Part shown: positions 9,959 through 16,582 of the stretch, in pieces
How the letters are laid out: each line of letters opens with the position of its first letter
Numbering within the stretch: the stretch's first letter is position 1
DNA from: a virus
Taxonomy: Duplodnaviria; Caudoviricetes
Virus record (IMG/VR): IMGVR_UViG_3300008267_000906
Location: 1-29,922 of that record
Strand: one strand, 5' to 3'
DNA: 29,922 nucleotides
The notes under the pieces: model-generated
Database searches by the model: none
Told to the model about the DNA's origin: nothing
The model's input: the letters and a program-made list of their open reading frames with translations, nothing else
Made by a program: the position numbers and the translations under genes

Positions 9959-10202
9959 CAGTATATGTCGGTTTAGGAGCTATGTTAGGTCGGGACACTG
10001 TTTTTTTATTATTAACTAATTGGGTTTGTTTTTCTTGTTGTTCCTGTTCTTTTTCGTAGAATTCTTTAATTTTTTCAAATGTAAAACGACGAAGCCAAAT
10101 AGGCATATTATATATAGTTTCCCAATCGTATCCCCCCTTACCATGAAATGTAATTTCATGTATTTGGGAAAATACGTATAACCTATACTCTGGAGTCAGG
10201 CC
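9939..10202 (-). CDS. T4 gp51-like / tail-assembly-chaperone extension frame (first in-frame ATG at 10106; probably reached by frameshift)
   Basis: Hand translation GLTPEYRLYVFSQIHEITFHGKGGYDWETIYNMPIWLRRFTFEKIKEFYEKEQEQQEKQ...APKK*. YDWETIYNMPIWLR resembles the 'EI.NM.PWER' motif of gp51-like proteins. Not in the ORF track. Confidence 0.65.
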   Translation of the reverse strand, partial: GLTPEYRLYVFSQIHEITFHGKGGYDWETIYNMPIWLRRFTFEKIKEFYEKEQEQQEKQTQLVNNKKTVSRPNIAPKPTYTVKAPKK

Positions 10203-10941
10203 AAAAAAAGTTAATTGATATAGGAATATTTATACCCTCCCCTGTATAATTTTCATCTTCTGGTTTGAAGGTTAAGTTGATATCTGGGGATACTTTGGCG
10301 TAATATTCGCGTAGAGCTCTTGCATCTTTTGCAATGAGATAATTATCTACAAAATCACGAATATCTTTTTGGTCACGTTTACCTTCAACAGAAGTTATAA
10401 TGTGTTTTAGACGTGTAGTTACGTCATATGAACCGCTTGGATTAACCTTTTTCATACCTTTAATCTCAGCTTCAATCTTTTGTTCATCACCGTGTGTTAA
10501 CAACTTAAAAGCAACACTATTTTTTGAATGAGGAAGAATAAAAGAAAACTCATTTGCACCACGTTTATATAAAGTAGAATCTATTTGTTTATCCTCTAAT
10601 GTAGATAAATCAATTGATGTTTCTACTTCATCTCCTTCTGTATTAAGGTATTTAAAAGCATAATCTTTACCATAACCTAAAACGCGAGCTGCAACTAATA
10701 TTGCATTTTTATCACCTACTAATAATTCATTATAATCAATAGGTGTTACAATAAGTGCCTGGAGTAATTTATCGATTACTGTGCCATTTTTAATGTAATT
10801 AGCATTAGTAAGAATATCTTCTTCCTTTGCTGTCATATACTTCATTTCAATTTCACCCTTAGCTAAAGGGGATGTCTCGGGATACAGTAAGCCTTTTGAA
10901 GGTAATGAAACTGTTTCTGTTGGGATCTTTAATTCTGCCAT
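10183..10941 (-). CDS. T4 gp26-like baseplate hub / tail assembly chaperone
   Basis: LPSKGLLY...MKYMTAKEEDIL...LLVGDKNAILVAARVLGYG...INFFWP. Sits between tube and tape measure genes. Confidence 0.75.
   Translation of the reverse strand: MAELKIPTETVSLPSKGLLYPETSPLAKGEIEMKYMTAKEEDILTNANYIKNGTVIDKLLQALIVTPIDYNELLVGDKNAILVAARVLGYGKDYAFKYLNTEGDEVETSIDLSTLEDKQIDSTLYKRGANEFSFILPHSKNSVAFKLLTHGDEQKIEAEIKGMKKVNPSGSYDVTTRLKHIITSVEGKRDQKDIRDFVDNYLIAKDARALREYYAKVSPDINLTFKPEDENYTGEGINIPISINFFWPDSRV
10203..10209 (-). other. Candidate programmed frameshift site (U7 run)
   Basis: AAC TTT TTT TGG near the 3' end of the gp26-like gene; a +1 (or -2) shift enters the gp51-like frame. Confidence 0.55.
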
Positions 10942-10962
10942 AAACTATTTTATTATTATATA

Positions 10963-10972
10963 TATAAATATA
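10963..10972 (-). promoter_or_regulatory. ATATTTAT upstream motif (putative late promoter)
   Basis: TATATTTATA upstream of the start at 10941. Confidence 0.45.
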
Positions 10973-10977
10973 CGCAG

Positions 10978-11009
10978 AAAAAAAGTGTTTGCAAAAGAAG
11001 CAAACACTT
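10978..11009 (-). terminator. Intrinsic terminator (second of a tandem pair)
   Basis: AAGTGTTTGC-N7-GCAAACACTT 10-bp stem followed by a T run on the minus strand. Confidence 0.65.
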
Positions 11010-11048
11010 AGTTTTATAAATACGAATGACTTTCCTTTCATCGTTTGC

Positions 11049-11058
11049 AATAAATATC
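11049..11058 (-). promoter_or_regulatory. ATATTTAT motif between two terminators
   Basis: GATATTTATT immediately downstream of the tube-gene terminator. Confidence 0.4.
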
Positions 11059-11060
11059 AC

Positions 11061-11094
11061 AAACAAAAAAAGACGTTTGCATAAGCAAACGTCT
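11061..11094 (-). terminator. Intrinsic terminator after the tail tube gene
   Basis: AGACGTTTGC-TTAT-GCAAACGTCT 10-bp stem followed by TTTTTTGTTT. Confidence 0.75.
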
Positions 11095-11115
11095 CTTAAA
11101 ATAAATAATACTAAA

Positions 11116-11604
11116 TTAGAAGTTCAATACGCAATAATCCATAGCAATTGTTACTGCTAAAGTAACTGCAGCGTCGCCTGTTGACCAATCGTATTCACCA
11201 AAAGTAGCTGTTTTACAATAAGCACCTTTGATAATCCACTCACCTACTACATCACCTACAGGACCTAGAATATCTAGTGTTAAATCTTTCTTATAAAAAT
11301 CAGAATAACCATCACGACCAGTTACTGATTCGTGTGCTAAACGAGCCCATTCCATTACGGCTTGTGCACCAGATGGAGTTACGGGATCGTATAATTCTAA
11401 ATTCATATCATTCCATTCAACTTTACCTTTTACTTTACGGTAAACGTTGATATGATCGAGCTTAATCATATTAGCTTCAAATCCAGGAGCTGAAGCCTTT
11501 TTAATCAAATATGCTGGGATGCCATCAATGTACATTATGAACCTGTTGGGAACTTTAGGTTCAAAAGCTGTGAACATTATTTCATTAGCGTCTAATACTG
11601 CCAT
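11116..11604 (-). CDS. Tail tube protein (T4 gp19-like)
   Basis: 162 aa directly after the sheath gene. FEPKVPNRF...KGKVEWNDMNLELYDP...MEW...YKKDLTL...EWIIKGAY...DY is a typical contractile tube sequence. Confidence 0.9.
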   Translation of the reverse strand: MAVLDANEIMFTAFEPKVPNRFIMYIDGIPAYLIKKASAPGFEANMIKLDHINVYRKVKGKVEWNDMNLELYDPVTPSGAQAVMEWARLAHESVTGRDGYSDFYKKDLTLDILGPVGDVVGEWIIKGAYCKTATFGEYDWSTGDAAVTLAVTIAMDYCVLNF

Positions 11605-11629
11605 TTTATTTTAATTTTTTATTGCTATC

Positions 11630-11639
11630 AATAAATATT
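11630..11639 (-). promoter_or_regulatory. ATATTTAT upstream motif (putative late promoter)
   Basis: AATATTTATT upstream of the tube start at 11604. Confidence 0.5.
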
Positions 11640-11644
11640 AGCAA

Positions 11645-11670
11645 CTACATCCCCTATGCAGGGAATGTAG
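11645..11670 (-). other. RNA hairpin overlapping the sheath stop codon
   Basis: Minus-strand CUACAUUCCCU-GCAU-AGGGGAUGUAG, an 11-bp stem with one G-U pair and no U tail. Confidence 0.5.
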
Positions 11671-13783
11671 CGCCAGTTGGTTGTACGTTAAAGTTCAAGA
11701 TAATGTATTCAGCAGTCTTAGTTGGTTGAATATAGATCTGACCTACTAATTGGTTACGATCGATTACATCAGGAGTATTATTGGAATCATCCATTACTAC
11801 TTTGTAAGCATATAAACCTTGACGTTGTACTACTGATTCAAGGTATGGATTAACTTGAGATAAGAAGCGATTGCGAGTTACGTTAGTGTTTTGTTCAAAT
11901 ACTAAGTTATTAGCAACCTGGCCAATATATCCTTTAAGAGCAATTAACAAACGACGAACGTTTACACGATCAAGAGCTGTTTGTTTACGCTGCAATGTTT
12001 TCTGACCAAATACTACAACACCTTCTCCAGGGAATGTAGCTAATGGATTAACATTTGCTTCATATAACGTATCACGATCGTTTTGAGTTAATTTACGTTC
12101 AGCTTTTAATACTGAAGGTACACCACCACGATTTAATCCTGCAGGAGCAAACCATTCAGCACCAACTTGATCGTTAAATGCAAATACACCACCCATTACT
12201 GTAGAGGCAGGAGCCCAAACGGCTTTACCTAAACCTGAGCTGTATAATTGGATCCAAGGCCAATATGTTGCTGCATAATTACTTGACTGTCCAGCTGCGG
12301 CACTTGCTGCGCTTGATACTACGCTGCCATATAATTTACAATCTATTACTGCAATAGCATCACCTCTACCTTCACAAGTAGAAATCATATCACTAACAGC
12401 TGCGCTGTCTAATGAAATACCAGGAGCTAATAATACATTAAATTGATATTCGTCTTTATTGTTTAATAAAGCAAATGCTGTTTCGTAGTGATCTGGGTGG
12501 AAACCTTGAATGTTAGTAGCTGTGATATTTTCATTCATTAATTTAGTTGCTCCTGTATCAGCTAAACCACCAGCAAATGAACCACCGTATGATCCGCTTC
12601 CTAGCAATGGTAAGCTGCTACTATATTGAGATGCTTTATAAAGCCCATTATTGTCAATTGAATCAATCTGTGGGGTGGTAATTGATTTAATACGAACATA
12701 TTGGGAAGCATTAGCATATGAACCTGTAGTATCAATATATGGGATACCATCACTATCTAGGCGATAAATTGGTTTTAAATCACCAATTACACGAGAAATA
12801 AAATTAGGTAAAGCAGGATCTAATGATAAATTAGTCCATGTTTCTAAATAGTTAGGTTGAGTTGTATTGTCATTTCCAGAGCGAATTGCTAAGGTAAATA
12901 CACCACTTCCTGTGTTTACTTGTGTAATTTCCCAACGAACGTTAGTTGCACTACCACTTGCTAAAGCGCCATTAGTCATACTAGAGGTGTTATTCATTAT
13001 ATCACCCCAAGATAATGTTTCAAGAGTAAATGCTGTTGCTTGAGTAGATATATTAGTACCACCACCCAAAGTAAACAAATTCGAGAAACTTGAAGCAGAT
13101 CCAGTTTGGAAAGTAAATCCATTTACTGCAGTACCTGCTAATGAACCCGATAATATAATTGTGGTTGCTGTGTTTGTAGCTTGAATTAAATTATATCCTG
13201 AAAGAGCAGCAGCTCCTGATAAAGCACTGTTAATAGATCCAGTTAAGTTATCTAAAGTAGCTTGTAGAGAAGACCCAGAAGCAAAGTAATAAAGATTACC
13301 ATCAATATCATTTGATGGTATAGGAGCAGCAGAAGAGATAAATCTAAATAGTGGATAACCACTACCTGAAATTCTAAATTCACTATTAGCAGTAGTTGAT
13401 GCTAATAATACGGTACCACTTCCAGTTGCAAATTTATCACCAACAGTATTTTGACTAACTACATCAGCGCTAGCATAAGTACTAACTGTAGTTGCTCCAG
13501 AACCACTTACGATTTTGGTAACTAATAATGTTTGGCCACCATTCTGGAAGAAATCCTTAGCAGCTAATGATGTAAAGTATTCGTAGTAGTAACTACCACT
13601 CTTGAATGTTTCTCCAAATTTAGATAAGTATTCGCTATAAGAAGTTACATAGGTAGGAACAAACGGTTGACCCAACACAGTTGGACCAACAATAGCCGTT
13701 GCTGTACCCTGTATACCCCTTTGAACCAAAGATTGGTCATTTTCATTTTGGAATACACCAGGAGATAAGATTTTTTCGCCCAT
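11654..13783 (-). CDS. Contractile tail sheath protein (T4 gp18-like)
   Basis: SPGV at the N-terminus, YAATYWPW, WFAPAGLNRG, LYEANVNP, FGQKTLQ, LDRVNVRRLL, FEQN, NNTPDVIDRNQL, QPTKTAEYI. Confidence 0.95.
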   Translation of the reverse strand: MGEKILSPGVFQNENDQSLVQRGIQGTATAIVGPTVLGQPFVPTYVTSYSEYLSKFGETFKSGSYYYEYFTSLAAKDFFQNGGQTLLVTKIVSGSGATTVSTYASADVVSQNTVGDKFATGSGTVLLASTTANSEFRISGSGYPLFRFISSAAPIPSNDIDGNLYYFASGSSLQATLDNLTGSINSALSGAAALSGYNLIQATNTATTIILSGSLAGTAVNGFTFQTGSASSFSNLFTLGGGTNISTQATAFTLETLSWGDIMNNTSSMTNGALASGSATNVRWEITQVNTGSGVFTLAIRSGNDNTTQPNYLETWTNLSLDPALPNFISRVIGDLKPIYRLDSDGIPYIDTTGSYANASQYVRIKSITTPQIDSIDNNGLYKASQYSSSLPLLGSGSYGGSFAGGLADTGATKLMNENITATNIQGFHPDHYETAFALLNNKDEYQFNVLLAPGISLDSAAVSDMISTCEGRGDAIAVIDCKLYGSVVSSAASAAAGQSSNYAATYWPWIQLYSSGLGKAVWAPASTVMGGVFAFNDQVGAEWFAPAGLNRGGVPSVLKAERKLTQNDRDTLYEANVNPLATFPGEGVVVFGQKTLQRKQTALDRVNVRRLLIALKGYIGQVANNLVFEQNTNVTRNRFLSQVNPYLESVVQRQGLYAYKVVMDDSNNTPDVIDRNQLVGQIYIQPTKTAEYIILNFNVQPTGATFPA

Positions 13784-13826
13784 TTTATATTATTGTTTTT
13801 GAAAAATTTAATAGGATTGACCTAAT

Positions 13827-13836
13827 AATAAATATC
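13827..13836 (-). promoter_or_regulatory. ATATTTAT upstream motif (putative late promoter)
   Basis: GATATTTATT in the intergenic region before the sheath gene. Confidence 0.45.
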
Positions 13837-13862
13837 CAAAAACCATTATAAAACGCAGACTA

Positions 13863-14129
13863 TTATTGAGCAGGTGTGATTTCTCCAGTTTCTGGGTTAA
13901 TATTACCCGTTCCGTACTTAGACTGGAGAGATTTAACTAGTTCTGATTCTTTTTGTTCAATTGTGTCTAGATCTTTAAGTAATGTTGTTTTGTTACTTTC
14001 AATCTTTTCAATTTGACCTAATAAAGATAACCTTTGAGTTTCAGCAATACCAATTTCAAACAATGTTTGATTATATTTAGATTGTAAATCTTTAATTGAT
14101 TGTAATTCTTCTTGTGTTAATCTTGCCAT
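13863..14129 (-). CDS. Small coiled-coil protein (possible fibre chaperone)
   Basis: 88 aa with heptad pattern and C-terminal KYGTGNINPETGEI. Function inferred from context only. Confidence 0.65.
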   Translation of the reverse strand: MARLTQEELQSIKDLQSKYNQTLFEIGIAETQRLSLLGQIEKIESNKTTLLKDLDTIEQKESELVKSLQSKYGTGNINPETGEITPAQ

Positions 14130-14136
14130 AATATTT

Positions 14137-14373
14137 TTATTTTTCCCATTTAGCTAATGGGCAAGCTTCAGGACCAGGTTTTGGACTAAATACTTTTTTA
14201 TTTAGGGGGCAACCACATTCACCACATATAAACGTAGCTAATGCAGTTACATAAGTTTTTTTCTCACATGAGTCACAAACAGCAGCACGATATTCGGCTA
14301 CTGCTTGTTCTTCAGGGGATGGATTAGCAGCGATAACCCATGATTTAAAAATTTCTGAAATTTTATTCATCAA
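14137..14373 (-). CDS. Small Cys-rich putative metal-binding protein (DUF6171-like)
   Basis: RAAVCDSC...CGECGCPLNKK...CPLAKW pattern. Confidence 0.6.
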   Translation of the reverse strand: MMNKISEIFKSWVIAANPSPEEQAVAEYRAAVCDSCEKKTYVTALATFICGECGCPLNKKVFSPKPGPEACPLAKWEK

Positions 14374-14824
14374 CTTTAATTAATTTGAAAAACGTAGCAT
14401 AGATACCTTCTGTTTCTACATTTTCAAATTCTTCTAATTTAAAAGAATGATATTCTAAATCACGTTCTTCTTGAAGCAATGAATTAAAATCTTCCTGGAA
14501 TTTAATGAAATTGGGGTTGATTTCACGTGAAATGGTTTCTTTAGTTTCATCATCAATTACTTCATTGATGTATACGGGAATACTAACGCTTCCATTATCT
14601 TCAACACCATATTTTTTTACTAATTCTTCTCTGAGTTTATCTATTGATTCTTTTTCAGCAGCAATCTTTTTAGCTAAATCAGTTAACCAATATTTGGTAG
14701 TTAATTTAACTCTTTCTGTCAATAAACCTTTAGATACAACTTCTCCAGTTTGTTGATTTGTAAAACCGTTTAATTCTGAATTGAGTTGATAGAATTCTTG
14801 TAATTTTAAAGTAATCTTATCCAT
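14363..14824 (-). CDS. Hypothetical helical protein (DUF1617-like)
   Basis: 153 aa, acidic and helical; YWL..LAKKI..E......REELVKKYG...F..LLQEE pattern. Confidence 0.6.
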   Translation of the reverse strand: MDKITLKLQEFYQLNSELNGFTNQQTGEVVSKGLLTERVKLTTKYWLTDLAKKIAAEKESIDKLREELVKKYGVEDNGSVSIPVYINEVIDDETKETISREINPNFIKFQEDFNSLLQEERDLEYHSFKLEEFENVETEGIYATFFKLIKVDE

Positions 14825-14825
14825 A

Positions 14826-15122
14826 TTATTTTTTAGATTTTTTCTTAATCACTTTCTTTTCAGCTACAGGAGCGTCTAATTTTTTCTTTGCTGTTTTTTT
14901 CTTAGTTTCTTTTTTAGCTTCAGCTAATTTAGCAAGTTCTTCATCTGATACAACAGGTTCAACTGGTGTTACTACTGGTGTTTCATCTAGAACAACTGTT
15001 GGGCGATCAGCGCCGTTGTCAGATACAACATCTTGTGGTGAGAATGAAGATTTCTTTTTGCTGTTTAAAATAACTGCAGCTACAATACCAGCTACAATAA
15101 GTACAATGATAAGTAATGTCAT
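14826..15122 (-). CDS. Small membrane-anchored protein with Lys-rich tail
   Basis: N-terminal hydrophobic helix (LLIIVLIVAGIVAAVIL), Pro/Val linker, poly-Lys C-terminus. Confidence 0.7.
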   Translation of the reverse strand: MTLLIIVLIVAGIVAAVILNSKKKSSFSPQDVVSDNGADRPTVVLDETPVVTPVEPVVSDEELAKLAEAKKETKKKTAKKKLDAPVAEKKVIKKKSKK

Positions 15123-15423
15123 AAAATTTATTTTTTATTTGATGTATATAAATATAATTTGCAGGACATGTTGAGCTATTAGCTCCTCTAATATATATCT
15201 GTCCATTAGTACTATCATCCTCTGCTTTAAGATATATTGTGCCTGATCCATTGTCAACAATTATTTGTTGAGCACACGTAGTAGAACTTAAAGGGCCTGA
15301 TGCAAGAGTCCAACTAATTTGGTCTTCACTATAGTATAAATTGTAAGGTTGATTAGGATTAGCTCCTGCTCTAGAATAGATGGTAACTTTATAAACTTCT
15401 CTTACTGATACAAAATATGCCAT
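15019..15423 (-). CDS. Hypothetical virion-associated protein, apparently 3'-truncated
   Basis: Likely start MAYFVSV at 15423. After ...GANSSTCPAN (about 15157) the frame runs through the next gene's upstream motif and overlaps that gene by 104 nt with implausible sequence. Confidence 0.5.
   Translation of the reverse strand: MAYFVSVREVYKVTIYSRAGANPNQPYNLYYSEDQISWTLASGPLSSTTCAQQIIVDNGSGTIYLKAEDDSTNGQIYIRGANSSTCPANYIYIHQIKNKFYDITYHCTYCSWYCSCSYFKQQKEIFILTTRCCI
15147..15156 (-). promoter_or_regulatory. ATATTTAT upstream motif (putative late promoter)
   Basis: TATATTTATA upstream of the start at 15122. Confidence 0.45.
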
Positions 15424-15434
15424 GAAAATATATT

Positions 15435-16049
15435 TTAAGGGGAAAAACAATTATCTTGATATAATACAAAATATATATTACTACCTGTAGATGAATTATA
15501 TACATAATTATACTTTATAGTAGTATTATAATCTAATTGAGTTGAGCCACTAGCTATTACTATAGCATCATTTGCTTTTCCAACGGCATTATTACATATT
15601 AAAGTATCATATTTTCCATCATTTTTCCAAGGTTTACCATAATATATTACCCACCACCCAGCATAAGGGTATATAGCACTTCCAGATATTCTAATACTTG
15701 CAGTAATATTACTAGTTCCAGCATTGAAGACTACCATTGAAGAGGGATAACAATAATCTGCACAGTGATAATATAAACTAGAAGTAGTGTTTAATGAGAT
15801 AGCTGTAGAGCTAGTATAACTATACCATTGAGACATTGAAACTCCAGAATATACATTTAGTAGAGATGATGATGTAAAGGGTTTTTGGAAGGAATTTAAA
15901 TTAATTGGAGTATAATTATTATAGGAATTTGATCCCGATTGCCATGCCCCCGCTGCCCATTCTGTAAAGGCATAATTGGGAGCTGCACTTTGGGACATTT
16001 CTACCCTCACATCATTAAATGATATTTGCCCACTACCTGTTAACGGCAT
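15435..16049 (-). CDS. Putative fibre-tip / receptor-binding accessory protein
   Basis: N-terminus MPLTGSGQISFNDVRVEM resembles small adhesin-like proteins encoded after S74-type fibres; Tyr/Ser/Asn-rich, beta-type sequence. Confidence 0.5.
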   Translation of the reverse strand: MPLTGSGQISFNDVRVEMSQSAAPNYAFTEWAAGAWQSGSNSYNNYTPINLNSFQKPFTSSSLLNVYSGVSMSQWYSYTSSTAISLNTTSSLYYHCADYCYPSSMVVFNAGTSNITASIRISGSAIYPYAGWWVIYYGKPWKNDGKYDTLICNNAVGKANDAIVIASGSTQLDYNTTIKYNYVYNSSTGSNIYFVLYQDNCFSP

Positions 16050-16060
16050 AAATTATATAT

Positions 16061-16228
16061 TTAACCTACTTTATATAATCTCCCTGTTGGGTCAGCAGCT
16101 TGCAATTCAGCTGCTTTATCGATTGCTTCCTGCTCTATATCATATATATATTCAGGATCATTAGGAGATAACCTAGATACCCATATCTGATCATTTCCAG
16201 GAATGAATTGCATTACTACTTTATACAT
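16061..16228 (-). CDS. Small hypothetical protein (55 aa)
   Basis: Not in the ORF track; hand translation MYKVVMQFIPGNDQIWVSRLSPNDPEYIYDIEQEAIDKAAELQAADPTGRLYKVG* fills the gap between its neighbours. Confidence 0.7.
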   Translation of the reverse strand: MYKVVMQFIPGNDQIWVSRLSPNDPEYIYDIEQEAIDKAAELQAADPTGRLYKVG

Positions 16229-16232
16229 AATA

Positions 16233-16574
16233 TTATATTGAACCGGTTGGTAACCAAGGAGCTTGCTGTACTAATACAGGTGGGTTAATTTGGTTTTGGA
16301 TTTGTTGAGCAACACTAGCAGTATATTGATTCATTTTTTCTTCACCCATAGAAGCAGTCATCCAATTGTATACTGTGTTATAAGTTAGTTCATTGAATGG
16401 GATAAATGTAGATCCTGATTCATAGGTTACAGCTTGTGTTCCTATGCAAGATCCTTGATATGATCCTGTTGAGCCGTAAAGTTGCCAGTGTACCATAAAT
16501 ACTACATCATTTTCTCCTGATGATGTTGGGTAGGATTCTAGTGGGTTGAAATTCCAGTTGTAATTAATAGCCAT
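16233..16574 (-). CDS. Fibre-associated hypothetical protein
   Basis: 113 aa with DVV..VHW, FIPFNELT..TV.NW and PP...APW, a pattern seen in small genes downstream of phage fibres. Confidence 0.65.
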   Translation of the reverse strand: MAINYNWNFNPLESYPTSSGENDVVFMVHWQLYGSTGSYQGSCIGTQAVTYESGSTFIPFNELTYNTVYNWMTASMGEEKMNQYTASVAQQIQNQINPPVLVQQAPWLPTGSI

Positions 16575-16582
16575 TTTGTTTG

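Noticed and set aside
10227-10234. T4-type TATAAATA on the coding strand just before the gp51-like frame
   Set aside because: Single copy inside a CDS, opposite in orientation to the recurring intergenic motif; likely chance in AT-rich DNA.
10859-11050. 63-aa minus-strand ORF
   Set aside because: Runs through a terminator and AT-rich upstream motifs and overlaps the gp26-like start; composition looks non-coding.
1565-13783. Bacterial extracellular contractile injection system or tailocin rather than a phage
   Set aside because: The linked PolA-like gene, many small phage-type ORFs and lack of host housekeeping genes favour a phage. No capsid or terminase is visible here, so this is not formally excluded.
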